46,266 nt of DNA from a virus (Duplodnaviria; Heunggongvirae; Uroviricota; Caudoviricetes): the IMG/VR virus record IMGVR_UViG_2671180743_000008. One strand, given 5' to 3'. A model generated the notes under the pieces. It was not told where the DNA came from, did not search any database, and worked only from the letters and a program-made list of their open reading frames with translations. Shown here piece by piece: positions 16,564 to 27,525 of this stretch. How positions within the stretch are numbered: position 1 is the stretch's first letter; each line of letters starts with the position of its first letter. A program made the position numbers and the translations under genes.

Positions 16564-17400
16564 ATGGCTAATGAAAAAAAGACATCCCGCAAAAAGTTTC
16601 GCGTGGCTGTCTCCGGATCAACTGTTGATGGCCGTGAAATCAGTCCGGTGCATCTGCGTGAAGCCGCCGAGAACTTCAACCCGGATGTTTACGCTGCCCG
16701 CGTGAACGTTGAGCACTATCTCTCGCCATGCCCGTCAAGCGAATTTTCCGCAATGGGCGATGTCACCGCACTGAGTACGGAAGACATTACGGAAGGTCCG
16801 CTGGCCGGACGTACTGCGCTGTATGCAGAAATCGAACCGACCGAGCGCATGAAGCAGCTTGTCGCGGACGGCAAGAAAATCTATTCCAGTATCGAACTGC
16901 ACCCGCAGTTCTCCGTTAACGGGCGCGCCTATCTGGTCGGGCTGGCGATGACCGACACCCCGGCAAGCCTGGGCACTGAGCGCCTGAAATTCACGGCACA
17001 GCAACGTCAGGCGGTGATGACGTTCAACAGTATCCAGGGTGAAGCACCGCTTATCTCCGAAGCCATCGAGTCTGAAATCATCGAAATGGCAGAACAACGC
17101 CAGGAAGAAGGCACCCAGTGGTTTAACCGCGTAATGGGGATTATTGGTCGTGGCCGCAAAGCGGATGACGCCAGTTTCTCCCGTATTCAGGAAGCGGTGG
17201 AAAGCGTCGCAACGTCACAGGCCGACATTATCGACCGTTTTAATGCGCTGGAAACACGCCATCAGCAGGACAGCCAGAAAATCACTTTACTGACCACGGA
17301 GCTGACAGCACTGAAGGAAAAACTGCGCACGCAGGACGGCGATCCGCAGAACCGGTTCACCGCAACGGGCGCAGCCTCCGACCAGCTGGCTGACTTCTGA
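16564..17400 (+). CDS. O: Capsid scaffolding protein
   Basis: Start at MANEKK; N-terminus KKFRVAVSGSTVDGREISPVHLREAAENFNPDVYAARVNVEH resembles P2 gpO; transcribed divergently from Q-P. Confidence 0.85.
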   Translation: MANEKKTSRKKFRVAVSGSTVDGREISPVHLREAAENFNPDVYAARVNVEHYLSPCPSSEFSAMGDVTALSTEDITEGPLAGRTALYAEIEPTERMKQLVADGKKIYSSIELHPQFSVNGRAYLVGLAMTDTPASLGTERLKFTAQQRQAVMTFNSIQGEAPLISEAIESEIIEMAEQRQEEGTQWFNRVMGIIGRGRKADDASFSRIQEAVESVATSQADIIDRFNALETRHQQDSQKITLLTTELTALKEKLRTQDGDPQNRFTATGAASDQLADF

Positions 17401-17423
17401 TAAGACAAAGGAGCAAATTTTTT

Positions 17424-18476
17424 ATGAATCTGGTGATGTCAGATATTACCCGCAACAAGCTGGGTTGCTATATGGCGCAGCAGGCGTCGCTTAACAATAT
17501 CCCGGTTTCTGCACTGGTATCGCGATTTACCGTGGAACCTGCGGTGCAGCAACGTTTTGAAAACGCCTCAAAGGATAGCACCGAACTTACAAAAAAAATT
17601 AACGTGATCGGCGTGACCGACCAGAAAGGCGAAAAAATCCTCCTGGACACCACAGGACCGATTGCACGCACAAATACCAGTTATGACGGAACAAAACGCC
17701 GTAACCCGAATAACGTGGTTGATCTGAAAAACCGCAAATACCAGTGCGAACAGGTGAACTACGACACGTTTATTTCGTATCCGCAGCTTGATGCCTGGTC
17801 GGCACACAGCGATTTTCAGTCCCGCATCAGCGCACAGATTGCCCGACAGGTGGCACTTGACCGCATCATGATCGGTTTCAACGGCACATCTCACGCGGAT
17901 GAGTCCAACTTCAGCACCAACAAGCTGCTTCAGGACGTTAACGTGGGGTGGCTGGAGCACATCAGAACCAATGCCAGCGAGCGCGTAATGAATGACGTGA
18001 CGCTGACTTCCCGCAACATGGACAACACCGTGGCGCACGCGGGTAAATACGCGAACCCTGATGCACTGGTACAGGACGCGCGCTCATCTCTGCTGGATGA
18101 ATGGCACAAGGAAGCTGACGACCTCGTGGTGATTATGGGGCGCAACCTGTTTAACTCGCTGCGTCTGCCAGTGCTGAACAGCATCAGCGGCCAGAATCCC
18201 AATGCGGAATTACTTGCCGGGCAGCTCATCCTGTCATCGCGCACCATTGGCGGGCTGGGTGTGTTCCTTGCACCGTTCTTCCCGGATGCAACGATGCTGA
18301 TCACCTCATTCAACAACCTGTCGATTTACTGGCAGAAAGGTTCAATGCGTCGTCTGATGAAAGACGAACCGGAATACAACCGCATCGCCACCTACCAGTC
18401 CATCAATGACGCTTATGTCGTTGAAGACTATGGCAAGTGCGCGATGGTCACTGGCCTGAAGTTCGCCGACAGCTAA
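17424..18476 (+). CDS. N: Major capsid protein
   Basis: 350 aa; long colinear similarity to P2 gpN as I recall it (FTVEP, YQCEQVNYDTF, GFNGTS, VGWLE, DLVVIMGR, NLSIYW, YVVEDYG). Confidence 0.9.
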   Translation: MNLVMSDITRNKLGCYMAQQASLNNIPVSALVSRFTVEPAVQQRFENASKDSTELTKKINVIGVTDQKGEKILLDTTGPIARTNTSYDGTKRRNPNNVVDLKNRKYQCEQVNYDTFISYPQLDAWSAHSDFQSRISAQIARQVALDRIMIGFNGTSHADESNFSTNKLLQDVNVGWLEHIRTNASERVMNDVTLTSRNMDNTVAHAGKYANPDALVQDARSSLLDEWHKEADDLVVIMGRNLFNSLRLPVLNSISGQNPNAELLAGQLILSSRTIGGLGVFLAPFFPDATMLITSFNNLSIYWQKGSMRRLMKDEPEYNRIATYQSINDAYVVEDYGKCAMVTGLKFADS

Positions 18477-18521
18477 TCAACTCACGGCGGGCATCATGCC
18501 CGCCTGTAACGGAGAGAAAAA

Positions 18522-19322
18522 ATGATTACTCCTGCACAGCAACACTGGCAGAACGTGATGGCACAGCGCGCAGGCCGGGCGAATGAAGGTGTGGACCACG
18601 CCGCGCGTACCGCGCATGAAGAGGTGCTGTATCGTCTGCGTCTGGCACAGGCCCGGCTTAAGGGCGTACAGGCCAGAAGCGCGAAAGCCGACATCAAAAA
18701 AGCGTTGTTGCCGGACTTTTCCGGCTGGATTGAGGGAACGCTGGAGGCTGACGGCGGGCAACAGGACGAAGTGATTGCCACGCTGATGGTGTGGGCGATT
18801 GACTGCGGCGATCTTCCGCTTGCGCTGCGTATTGGTGCGTATGCGGTCCGTCACAACCTCATCATGCCGGATAACTTTGGCCGTACTGCTGCCACAGTGC
18901 TGACCGAAGAAATCTGCAATCCGGTACTGACGCAGGCCGGGACGGATGCCGACGCGGATTTGTCCGTCTTTATCGAACCACTGGACACACTTTGGGAAAT
19001 TGTCGCCAACCAGGATATGCCGGACGAAGTGCGCGCCAAATTATGCAAGGCGTGCGCCTTTGCCCGCCGTGGCCTGAGCGATGCGGACAGCATGGCCTCA
19101 TCACTGAAGCTGCTGCGCGAAGCGATGCATCTGAACCAGAACGCAGGTGTGAAACGCGAGATTGCAACCCTTTCCCGCGCCCTGAAAAAAGCCGATTCCG
19201 CAGCCGCACCAGAAGACGCCAGCGCACAGCAGGCGCAGGACGAAAGCAGCGAAAGTAAAAAGACAACGCGGAAGCCTGCAACACGAAAAACCACCGCGAC
19301 GCAGAAGGCGAAGCGCGGTTAA
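18522..19322 (+). CDS. M: Terminase small (endonuclease) subunit
   Basis: 266 aa; position after N and size match P2 gpM. Confidence 0.8.
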   Translation: MITPAQQHWQNVMAQRAGRANEGVDHAARTAHEEVLYRLRLAQARLKGVQARSAKADIKKALLPDFSGWIEGTLEADGGQQDEVIATLMVWAIDCGDLPLALRIGAYAVRHNLIMPDNFGRTAATVLTEEICNPVLTQAGTDADADLSVFIEPLDTLWEIVANQDMPDEVRAKLCKACAFARRGLSDADSMASSLKLLREAMHLNQNAGVKREIATLSRALKKADSAAAPEDASAQQAQDESSESKKTTRKPATRKTTATQKAKRG

Positions 19323-19414
19323 CGACTGACCCCGTCAGCGGGCGGCGTGCGCGGTGTTCCGGTTTGGCTCCGTGACCGTTTACACCGCGCACCCACCGCC
19401 CGATTTTTTCAGGA

Positions 19415-19918
19415 GTGAACCCCATGAGTATGGTTGCCAGAACTGAACCCGGACCCGCAGAGGACGACATCACCGACACCGAAGATGGCGATACCCGTAT
19501 TTCAGCGGGTGCATTCTGGCCGGATATTGTGCTGCGCGAGCTGCGTCTGGCGGTACGACTGCCGGGCCGCGTGACCACCTCCCGCCTGCTGCATACCGCC
19601 ACCGGGGCCGTGGCACACGTTACCCGCGAGCTGGAAGCATGGCAGCAGGAACAGCAGGCGGCTGGCCATCAGACGCTGGCCGATGTTCCGGCACCTGTAA
19701 TTAACGGAGAAAGCGTCAATCTCTGGCACTGGCGCAATGCTGTTTATACCGCCACACGCGCCCTGATTCTGGAGCGTTACCGCGATGCGGACACAACGGA
19801 CAAGGGCGACCGCCGGGCGGACGCACTGGATATACAGACATCGGATTTGTGGCGCGATGTGAGCTGGGCCATCTCTGACATTCTGTGCCGCCCGCGAATC
19901 TTTGCGGAGTTGTGCTGA
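19415..19918 (+). CDS. L: Head completion/stabilisation protein
   Basis: 167 aa; position and size match P2 gpL. Confidence 0.8.
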   Translation: MNPMSMVARTEPGPAEDDITDTEDGDTRISAGAFWPDIVLRELRLAVRLPGRVTTSRLLHTATGAVAHVTRELEAWQQEQQAAGHQTLADVPAPVINGESVNLWHWRNAVYTATRALILERYRDADTTDKGDRRADALDIQTSDLWRDVSWAISDILCRPRIFAELC

Positions 19919-20115
19919 TGAAAGTGAAGACACTGGAAGGCGACACCGTGGATTCGCTCTGTTTCCGGTACTACGGCACGACGCAGGGCGTCACCGAAAA
20001 GGTGCTGGATGCCAACCCCGGACTCTGCCGACAGGTATTTCTGGAAGCCGGACAGGAGGTGGAAATGCCGGAGCCGGAGAAGAAAAAACAACGAGAGATG
20101 ATACAGCTATGGTAA
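19918..20115 (+). CDS. X: Tail protein X
   Basis: Start at MKVKTLEGD (ATG at 19918, overlapping the L stop); 65 aa; matches P2 gpX size and position. Confidence 0.8.
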   Translation: MKVKTLEGDTVDSLCFRYYGTTQGVTEKVLDANPGLCRQVFLEAGQEVEMPEPEKKKQREMIQLW

Positions 20116-20411
20116 CAGGTTTTTTTCAGCGGGTGAGTGACTGGATCACCTTCTGGGCATCAGTCACAGCCACCACAATAGGCGTGATGACCATCAGTGA
20201 AAAAATCGCCCTTGCCGGGTTGTTACTCGGTTCTCTGTCTGCATTACATGCCTGGCGACATCGCCGCCTGATGGAAACCGCCATGCAGCGTCGCAATGAA
20301 CTCATCGCCAGTATCCTGGCGCAGTCAGACGCACGGCCACTTCACGACAGTGAGCGTCAGGCTCTGAACATTCTGCGGGATAACGATACACATGATAAAG
20401 CTGCCCGTTAA
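20109..20411 (+). CDS. Putative holin
   Basis: Start at MVTGFF; about 100 aa with hydrophobic helices followed by a charged C-terminus; lies directly upstream of the lysozyme, at the P2 Y position. Confidence 0.65.
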   Translation: MVTGFFQRVSDWITFWASVTATTIGVMTISEKIALAGLLLGSLSALHAWRHRRLMETAMQRRNELIASILAQSDARPLHDSERQALNILRDNDTHDKAAR

Positions 20412-20940
20412 ACGTTACGCCGTAGCCGCCATTGTGGCGCTGGGGTTCTCCATTGCCCCTCACAAACTCCGGACCAGCCCGGAAGCGCAAATCCGCATTG
20501 CCACATGGGAGGACTGTCGCGCAACGCCTTACCGGGATATTGCCGGGGTAATGACCGTGGGGTGCGGCTCGACCGGGCATGTGGAAAATCGTCTGTACAC
20601 CGAAACGGAAGTCGCCGGGCGCTGGGTTAATGATATGCAACATGCAGAAAACTGCATAAATCAGAACTTCAGCGGCAACGCCATGCCACAGTCCGCGTTT
20701 GAGGCAATGACAGATGCCGCCTTTAATCTTGGATGCAGAAATCTTATGTGGTTCAGGGATAAGAACCGTAACTACCACCGCACCACTATCTGGAAACATG
20801 CACAGGCGCACAACTGGCCTGACATGTGCAACAGACTGACTGACTTCGTGAACAGCGGCGGCGAACGCTCACAGGGACTGGTTAACCGTCGTACTGATTT
20901 TCGTGCATGGTGCTTACGTGACACCGGAGGCCAGTCATGA
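20392..20940 (+). CDS. Endolysin, T4-lysozyme-like fold, probable signal-anchor (SAR) type
   Basis: 182 aa; N-terminal hydrophobic stretch AVAAIVALGFSIA then the catalytic E-8-D-5-T pattern (EDCRATPYRDIAGVMT). Confidence 0.8.
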   Translation: MIKLPVKRYAVAAIVALGFSIAPHKLRTSPEAQIRIATWEDCRATPYRDIAGVMTVGCGSTGHVENRLYTETEVAGRWVNDMQHAENCINQNFSGNAMPQSAFEAMTDAAFNLGCRNLMWFRDKNRNYHRTTIWKHAQAHNWPDMCNRLTDFVNSGGERSQGLVNRRTDFRAWCLRDTGGQS

Positions 20941-21410
20941 AAGTGCGTTACATCCTGATGATGGCACTGACCGTCCTCACGCTGCTGACCATAACACTCT
21001 GGCAGACATTCAGACTGGGGCAGGAAGACGGACACAACCGTTATACACAGGCGCAACTGGACGATTACAGCCGGACCCTGAAAGAGGCCGGCACCATCAT
21101 CAGCACCGCATCCGGTGTACTGCGTGACGTCATGACAGCGCGCCAGAACCGACAACAGGAAGGGGAAATCCGACGTGAACAGCTACGCAACGATATCACG
21201 ACAGATGCATGTGCCCGCGCTGTTCCTGACGCTCGCTTTACTGAGCGGTTGCACCAGCACGCAGAACGCGTCCGCGCCGCCGCCGTCGTTCCGTTTCATC
21301 CCGGAAGGGCTGACCGCCCCCGTACTTCCCCCGCCGTTTCCGGTGACGCCATCATGGGGAAACATCGGGATATGGAGCGACAGCCTCATGGACGCACTGG
21401 AAACCTGTAA
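20937..21410 (+). CDS. lysB: LysB-like inner-membrane spanin component (Rz-like)
   Basis: N-terminal transmembrane helix then coiled-coil region; the ORF's 3' part overlaps lysC in another frame, so the true stop is uncertain. Confidence 0.6.
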   Translation: MKVRYILMMALTVLTLLTITLWQTFRLGQEDGHNRYTQAQLDDYSRTLKEAGTIISTASGVLRDVMTARQNRQQEGEIRREQLRNDITTDACARAVPDARFTERLHQHAERVRAAAVVPFHPGRADRPRTSPAVSGDAIMGKHRDMERQPHGRTGNL

Positions 21411-21495
21411 CGCCGATAAGCGGGCCATTGAATTACTGGAACAGCGCAGGCTGCAACGACTGAACAACGAGGACAACAACCATGCTGAAAACTGA
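21205..21495 (+). CDS. lysC: LysC-like outer-membrane lipoprotein spanin (Rz1-like)
   Basis: Start at MHVPALFLTLALLSGCT (signal peptide plus lipobox LSGC); Pro-rich; embedded in and overlapping lysB in a different frame. Confidence 0.65.
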   Translation: MHVPALFLTLALLSGCTSTQNASAPPPSFRFIPEGLTAPVLPPPFPVTPSWGNIGIWSDSLMDALETCNADKRAIELLEQRRLQRLNNEDNNHAEN

Positions 21496-21949
21496 TTCCC
21501 TGCGTGAAGCCATGACCCGTTCATGCCGGTGGTGTCATGCCAACCCGGAAAAATTCACCATTTTCGTGGAGAGCGGCAACATTGAAACGACCGGAGAAAC
21601 CCCATCGTTTGTTTACCGCTATCAGATAGTGATGTTTGTCATGGATTACGCCGGAGAGCTGGACGACCTCACGCTGCCGCTGCTGGCGTGGTTATCCGAA
21701 AATCAGCCACAGTTGTTGCTCAATCCGGAGCGTAATCAGGACATCAAATTTTCCGCCGTTATCAATGACGATGACAGCGCCGATCTCCTGTTTACGCTCC
21801 CCCTGCGGGAACGCGTTCGCATCACGCGCAGCAGTCAGGGCACACCGCAGGCAGAACACCTGCCGGAGCCAAAACCCCGCCTGCCCTCTTCCGAAGGCGA
21901 CTGGTCGCATGTATTCCAGGATGTGACGTGGGGGGAAAGCGATGGATAA
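21482..21949 (+). CDS. R: Tail completion protein R
   Basis: 155 aa; size and position match P2 gpR. Confidence 0.8.
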   Translation: MLKTDSLREAMTRSCRWCHANPEKFTIFVESGNIETTGETPSFVYRYQIVMFVMDYAGELDDLTLPLLAWLSENQPQLLLNPERNQDIKFSAVINDDDSADLLFTLPLRERVRITRSSQGTPQAEHLPEPKPRLPSSEGDWSHVFQDVTWGESDG

Positions 21950-22577
21950 GGCATTCACCCGCGTGGATGAAACCTTTGAGGCTATCCGCGACAGCCTGAA
22001 TCAGCAGGCCATTAATAACATCGCCAGAAAGCTGGCACAGGATTTACGCCGCGCCCAGCAGGCGCGTATCCGGTCACAGAAAGCGCCGGACGGGACCGCA
22101 TGGACACCACGCAGACGCCGCGTAACCCGGATACAGGAGCGCATTCGCTTTATCTGGAATAACGAAGCACGCACGCTGAAAAACTGGCATCACGACACGG
22201 GGAAATACGGGCGAACCATCACCGGGTGGGATGAGGATAAAAACAATATCCGCACGTTTTACCGGGATGACATCGACCGTTTTCTGGAAATACGCACCCG
22301 GCGCATCAACCAGGACAGCACCAGGCGCGTCTCCATGTTCGTAAAACTGCGCACCGCCCGCTACCTGAAAGCCCGTGCAGATGCTTCCGGTGTGACGGTG
22401 GGTTACAGCGGCGTGGCCGCACGTATTGCACGCGTTCATCAGTTCGGTGAGCGCGATCAGGTTGCGCCGGGCATTTTCACCGATTACCCGGTACGTGAGC
22501 TGCTGGGTATCAGCCAGGCAGATGAGCGCCTGATTTATAACACGGTGCTGGGCCGGATTGCGGAGGCTGTACGATGA
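21942..22577 (+). CDS. S: Tail completion / virion morphogenesis protein S
   Basis: 211 aa; overlaps the R stop; P2 gpS position. Confidence 0.75.
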   Translation: MDKAFTRVDETFEAIRDSLNQQAINNIARKLAQDLRRAQQARIRSQKAPDGTAWTPRRRRVTRIQERIRFIWNNEARTLKNWHHDTGKYGRTITGWDEDKNNIRTFYRDDIDRFLEIRTRRINQDSTRRVSMFVKLRTARYLKARADASGVTVGYSGVAARIARVHQFGERDQVAPGIFTDYPVRELLGISQADERLIYNTVLGRIAEAVR

Positions 22578-23155
22578 GCGCAGAACTCATGCGACTGCTG
22601 AGCAATATCATCCGCACCGGGATCATCTCTGAAGTTGATGAGGAATCCTGGTGCGTGCGCGTTCGCAGCGGCGAACTGGAAACAGGCTGGCTGCGCTGGA
22701 ACACCACGCGCGCGGGAGACTTCAACGTGTGGTTTCCGCCATCACCAGGCGAACAGGTGGCAATTGCCTGCATCGGCGGCAACCCGGAAACCGCCATGAT
22801 AATCGGCAGCCTGTGGAGTGATGCCATTCCGGCACCCGGCAAAAGCCTGAAAGAAATCGTGGTCAGCGCGCCGGACGGCGCGGTGTTCCGCTACGACGCG
22901 GACGCAGGCGCACTGAGCGCAAGCGGCATGAAAACGGCCACTTTGCAGGCATCCATCAGCGTGACACTGAACACGCCTGTCGTGGAATGCACAGACCTTC
23001 TGAGAACAGCGACGCTTGACGTCACAAAAGGGGGAACGATGAGCGGCAATATCACGCACAGCGGCGGCGATTTCACCTCAAACGGCATCACAGTGCATAC
23101 GCATAAGCACGGTGGCGTTAAAGGTGGCAGCGATTCGACAGGAGGCCCGCAGTGA
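22574..23155 (+). CDS. V: Baseplate assembly protein V (spike)
   Basis: 193 aa; start overlaps S; P2 gpV position. Confidence 0.85.
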   Translation: MSAELMRLLSNIIRTGIISEVDEESWCVRVRSGELETGWLRWNTTRAGDFNVWFPPSPGEQVAIACIGGNPETAMIIGSLWSDAIPAPGKSLKEIVVSAPDGAVFRYDADAGALSASGMKTATLQASISVTLNTPVVECTDLLRTATLDVTKGGTMSGNITHSGGDFTSNGITVHTHKHGGVKGGSDSTGGPQ

Positions 23156-23502
23156 CAACCCGCTACACAGGAATGAACCCGGACGGGACGGGAAACCTGA
23201 ACGATATGGCGCACCTGAAACAGTCAGTCAGGGACATCCTGACCACCCCGCTGGCAAGCCGGGTTATGCGACGGGAATATGGCAGCCTTGTGCCTGATTT
23301 GATTGACGAACCCATGAATAACACCACGCGTCTGCAATGCATGAGTGCTACCGTGATTGCACTGACACGATGGGAACCACGCATTGCCCTGAACGCCATC
23401 GACGTTGTCTGGAAGGCAGGAGGCCACGCCGGGGTGACGCTGTCGGGCACTGTCATGCAGACCATGCAGAATGTTGAATTAACCATCACGCTGAGGGAGT
23501 AA
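23152..23502 (+). CDS. W: Baseplate protein W (gp25-like)
   Basis: 116 aa; start overlaps V; P2 gpW position. Confidence 0.85.
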   Translation: MTTRYTGMNPDGTGNLNDMAHLKQSVRDILTTPLASRVMRREYGSLVPDLIDEPMNNTTRLQCMSATVIALTRWEPRIALNAIDVVWKAGGHAGVTLSGTVMQTMQNVELTITLRE

Positions 23503-23505
23503 ATC

Positions 23506-24402
23506 ATGCCTGCCGTTGACCTTTCCCAGTTACCGGAACCCGCCATCATCGCGGAGCCTGACTTTGAGGCAATTCTGGCTGACACAAAGGCCATGATGAT
23601 TGCAGCTTATCCCGCCGAACAGCGTGAAGTCGTCTCCGCCGCACTGGAACTGGAATCGGAACCCCTGAACGTTATCGCTCAAACCATGTCGTTTCGTGAA
23701 ATGCTGTTACGCCAGCGGGTCAATGAGGCCGCACGCGCCTGCATGTTGAGCCACAGCGCCGGAACAGACCTGGACAACCTCGCGGGCAATATGAACACAA
23801 AGCGCCTGGTTATCACTCCGGCAACGGATACCACCGACGTGGTGATGGAGAACGACACCTCGCTGAGACTGCGGGCGCAGCGGGCGTATGACGGCCTGAG
23901 TGTTGCAGGCCCGTCAGGCGCATACGAGTATTTTGCCCGCAGCGCCAGCGGTCTGGTGCGCGATGCGCGGGCCATCAGTCCGTCTCCGGCAAATGTGACG
24001 GTTTCCATCCTGTCCACTGAGGGCGACGGCACAGCAACGGAGGCGTTGCTTAATACCGTTCGCGCCGTTCTGAATGCAGAGGATACCCGCCCGGTGGCCG
24101 ACCGCCTGACCGTACAGAGTGCCAGAATCGTGACATGGCGGCTGAATGCAAAACTGTACTTTTACCCCGGTCCGGAATCCGAACCTATTCTGGCTGCGGC
24201 TGAATCGTCGTTCAGGAAGTGGCTGGCTGAGCAGGGGCTTATCGGTCAGGACGTGGCGTTGTCCGCCATTGCTGCCGCACTGCATGTGCACGGTGTGCAA
24301 CGCGTGGAGATAATCGAACCCACACAGAATATGGCCATCAGCGACATACAGGCGGCGCGCTGTGAGTCATTCACCATCAGCGAAGGTGGGCGTAATGAGT
24401 AA
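23506..24402 (+). CDS. J: Baseplate assembly protein J
   Basis: 298 aa; P2 gpJ size and position. Confidence 0.85.
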   Translation: MPAVDLSQLPEPAIIAEPDFEAILADTKAMMIAAYPAEQREVVSAALELESEPLNVIAQTMSFREMLLRQRVNEAARACMLSHSAGTDLDNLAGNMNTKRLVITPATDTTDVVMENDTSLRLRAQRAYDGLSVAGPSGAYEYFARSASGLVRDARAISPSPANVTVSILSTEGDGTATEALLNTVRAVLNAEDTRPVADRLTVQSARIVTWRLNAKLYFYPGPESEPILAAAESSFRKWLAEQGLIGQDVALSAIAAALHVHGVQRVEIIEPTQNMAISDIQAARCESFTISEGGRNE

Positions 24403-24925
24403 TTCACTGTTACCACCATCAGCCAGCAATTTCATGCGTTGTGCCGAAGCCGTCGGAACACGCATTACAGACATTCCGGCAGACCTCAACACGCTGTGGT
24501 CGCCGGACACCTGCCCGGTGCATCTGCTGCCTTATCTCGCCTGGGCGTTTTCCGTTGACCGCTGGGATCGCAACTGGCCGGAAGAGACAAAGCGACAGGT
24601 GATTCGTGATGCATGGCTGATACACCGACACAAAGGAACCATCAGCGCCCTGCGACGGGCCATTGAGCCGCTGGGATACCTCATTCGCGTGTCTGAGTGG
24701 TGGGAGTTCAACGGCGAACCCGGAACATTCAAGATTGATGTTGGCACGCTGGACAGTGGCGTGACGGAGGAAATGTATCTGGAAATGGAGCGGTTGATTG
24801 CTGATGCCCGCCCGGTCAGCCGCCACATGACAGGGCTGAATATCATTCAGGAGATTCAGGGAGATATTTTCGCGGCAGCAGCAACTTACGACGGTGAAGT
24901 CATTACCATTTATCCGGACGATTAA
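24395..24925 (+). CDS. I: Baseplate/tail protein I
   Basis: Start at MSNSLLPP (ATG at 24395, overlapping J); 176 aa, the size of P2 gpI. Confidence 0.85.
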   Translation: MSNSLLPPSASNFMRCAEAVGTRITDIPADLNTLWSPDTCPVHLLPYLAWAFSVDRWDRNWPEETKRQVIRDAWLIHRHKGTISALRRAIEPLGYLIRVSEWWEFNGEPGTFKIDVGTLDSGVTEEMYLEMERLIADARPVSRHMTGLNIIQEIQGDIFAAAATYDGEVITIYPDD

Positions 24926-24927
24926 GC

Positions 24928-26964
24928 ATGAGTACCACAACACGAAAATTTAAAACCATTATCACCGATACGGGTGCAAAAAAATTAGCGCAGGCAACCG
25001 CGCCAGATGGGAAACCTGTCCGCCTGACACATATGGCCGTGGGTGACGGCGGCGGTACTTTACCCACGCCAGACAGTAAGCAGACCCGTCTTGTGCATGA
25101 GGTGTGGCGACATACCGTTAATCGCGTCACCCTGGACGCAACACATCAGAACCACATTATTGCGGAGCTGGTTATTCCTCCTGAAACGGGCGGATTCTGG
25201 ATCCGGGAAATTGGTGTGTTTGATGAGCACGGCGATTTGATCGCGGTAGGCAATACTGCCGAAAGTTACAAGCCAACCGTTGCCGAAGGATCCGGACGTG
25301 CACAAACATTTCGCACCATTCTGACCGTATCCAGCACTGCCACTGTGGCGCTTACCGTGGATAACACCATGGTGATGGCCACAGTGAATTACGTGGATGA
25401 CAAACTGAAAGAGCATGAACAGTCACGACGTCACCCGGACGCCTCGCTGACCGCAAAAGGCCTTGTCCAGCTCAGCAACGCCACCAACAGCACGTCTGAA
25501 ACGCTGGCAGCGACACCAAAAGCCGTTAAGGCAGTAATGGATGAAACGAACAAGAAAGCCCCATTAAACAGCCCGGCACTGACCGGAACGCCAACAACAC
25601 CAACTGCGCGACAGGGAACGAATAATACCCAAATCGCAAGCACGGCTTTCGTTATGGCTGCGATTGCCGCACTTGTAGACTCTTCGCCTGATGCACTGAA
25701 CACACTGAACGAGCTGGCGGCGGCGCTGGGCAACGACCCGAATTTTGCGACCACCATGACTAACGCGCTTGCGGGTAAGCAACCGAAAGATGCCACTCTG
25801 ACGGCGCTGGCGGGGCTTGCTACTGCGGCAGACAGGTTTCCGTATTTTACGGGGAATGATGTCGCCAGCCTGGCAACCCTGACAAAAGTCGGGCGGGATA
25901 TTCTTGCGAAATCGACCGTTGCCGCCGTTATCGAATACCTCGGTTTACAGGAAACGGTAAACAAGGCTGGTAACGCCGTGCAAAAAAATGGCGATACGTT
26001 GTCCGGTGGACTTACTTTTGAAAACGACTCAATCCTTGCCTGGATTCGAAATACTGACTGGGCAAAGATTGGGTTTAAAAATAATTCGGATGCAGACACC
26101 GATTCCTACATGTGGTTTGAAACAGGCAACAACGGCAATGAATATTTCAAATGGAGACACCGCATCATTGGCACCCGGCCTAAAGACCTGATGAATCTTA
26201 AATGGAATGCTTTGTCTGTTCTTGTTGAAGCCCTTTTCAGCAGTGAAGTGAAAATATCGACAGTCAATGCACTGAGGATATTTAATTCATCTTTTGGTGC
26301 CATTTTTCGTCGTTCTGAAGAATGCCTGCATATCATCCCTACACGAGAGAATGAAGGGGAAAATGGTAATATAGGGCCACTACGCCCCTTTACGCTTAAT
26401 CTCAGAACTGGCCGGATAAGCATGGGGCATGGTCTTGATGTTACAGGGGATATATTTGCAAACCGTTTTGCAATTAACAGTAGTACCGGCATGTGGATTC
26501 ATATGCGTGACCAGAATGTTATTTTGGGACGTAATGCGGTATCCACTGATGGTGCTCAGGCTTTGCTCCGTCAGGACCATGCCGACCGCAAATTTATGAT
26601 TGGCGGTCTGGGAAATAAGCAATTTGGCATCTACATGATTAATAACTCAAGGACAGCCAATGGCACCGATGGTCAGGCGTACATGGATAATAACGGGAAC
26701 TGGCTTTGCGGCTCGCAAGTTATTCCCGGCAACTATGGCAATTTTGATTCCAGATATGTGAAAGATGTTCGACTTGGTTCACAGCAATATTATGGAGTGA
26801 ACAACTGGCAAACATGGAATTTTCAGTGCCCGTCAGGCTATGTACTGACGGGGATTAACGTACAGGATACCGGAAAAAACTCTGCCGATAATATTGCAGG
26901 CGTTCATTACAGGCCAGTGCAAAAGTATATAAATGGCACTTGGTATAATGTGGCGAGTATTTAA
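24928..26964 (+). CDS. H: Tail fibre protein H, copy 1 (constant N-terminus plus tip variant A)
   Basis: 678 aa; conserved fibre shaft motifs ([62 protein letters not shown]); contains a gix-like site at 25928..25953. Confidence 0.9.
   Translation: MSTTTRKFKTIITDTGAKKLAQATAPDGKPVRLTHMAVGDGGGTLPTPDSKQTRLVHEVWRHTVNRVTLDATHQNHIIAELVIPPETGGFWIREIGVFDEHGDLIAVGNTAESYKPTVAEGSGRAQTFRTILTVSSTATVALTVDNTMVMATVNYVDDKLKEHEQSRRHPDASLTAKGLVQLSNATNSTSETLAATPKAVKAVMDETNKKAPLNSPALTGTPTTPTARQGTNNTQIASTAFVMAAIAALVDSSPDALNTLNELAAALGNDPNFATTMTNALAGKQPKDATLTALAGLATAADRFPYFTGNDVASLATLTKVGRDILAKSTVAAVIEYLGLQETVNKAGNAVQKNGDTLSGGLTFENDSILAWIRNTDWAKIGFKNNSDADTDSYMWFETGNNGNEYFKWRHRIIGTRPKDLMNLKWNALSVLVEALFSSEVKISTVNALRIFNSSFGAIFRRSEECLHIIPTRENEGENGNIGPLRPFTLNLRTGRISMGHGLDVTGDIFANRFAINSSTGMWIHMRDQNVILGRNAVSTDGAQALLRQDHADRKFMIGGLGNKQFGIYMINNSRTANGTDGQAYMDNNGNWLCGSQVIPGNYGNFDSRYVKDVRLGSQQYYGVNNWQTWNFQCPSGYVLTGINVQDTGKNSADNIAGVHYRPVQKYINGTWYNVASI
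25928..25953. other. gix/pix-like invertase crossover site inside H copy 1
   Basis: TTATCGAATACCTCGGTTTACAGGAA; differs at 2 of 26 positions from the reverse complement of the invertase-proximal sites; lies exactly where the constant and variable parts of H meet. Confidence 0.75.
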
Positions 26965-26965
26965 T

Positions 26966-27493
26966 ATGATGCACTTAAAGAACATAAAAGCAGGTAATGC
27001 TAAAACAGTGGAGCAGTATGAGTTAACAAAGAAGCACGGAGTCATCTGGCTTTACTCTGAGGACGGAAAAAACTGGTATGAGGAAGTGAAGAACTTTCAG
27101 CCAGACACAATAAAGATTGTTTACGATGCAAATAATATTATTGTCGCCATCACCAAAGATGCCTCCACGCTTAACCCTGAAGGTTATAGCGTCGTTGAGG
27201 TTCCTGATATTACAGCTAATCGTCGTGCTGATGATTCCGGTAAGTGGATGTTTAAGGACGGAGCTGTGGTTAAACGGATTTATACGGCTGACGAACAGCA
27301 ACAACAGGCCGAATCACAAAAGGCCGCATTGCTTTCCGAAGCTGAATCAGTCATCCAGCCGCTGGAACGCGCTGTCAGGCTGAATATGGCGACGGACGAG
27401 GAACGCACACGACTGGAAGCATGGGAACGCTACAGTGTTCTGGTCAGCCGTGTGGATACGGCAAAGCCAGAATGGCCACAAAAGCCTGAGTAA
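26966..27493 (+). CDS. G: Tail fibre assembly protein G/Tfa (partner of tip A)
   Basis: Start at [10 protein letters not shown], 2 nt after the H stop; 175 aa; C-terminal 60 residues identical to those of the tfa at 34453..34980. Confidence 0.85.
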   Translation: MMHLKNIKAGNAKTVEQYELTKKHGVIWLYSEDGKNWYEEVKNFQPDTIKIVYDANNIIVAITKDASTLNPEGYSVVEVPDITANRRADDSGKWMFKDGAVVKRIYTADEQQQQAESQKAALLSEAESVIQPLERAVRLNMATDEERTRLEAWERYSVLVSRVDTAKPEWPQKPE

Positions 27494-27498
27494 AAATT

Positions 27499-27518
27499 AA
27501 GGCCCGATATCGGGCCTT
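27499..27518. terminator. Hairpin terminator after G
   Basis: AAGGCCCGATATCGGGCCTT perfect hairpin; a near-identical hairpin recurs at 34985..35004. Confidence 0.6.
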
Positions 27519-27525
27519 ACGCAGT

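Noticed and set aside
18486-18504. Hairpin GGCGGGCATCATGCCCGCC between N and M, considered as a terminator
   Set aside because: No T-run follows it and N and M belong to the same late operon in P2-like phages; more likely an RNA-stability or incidental structure
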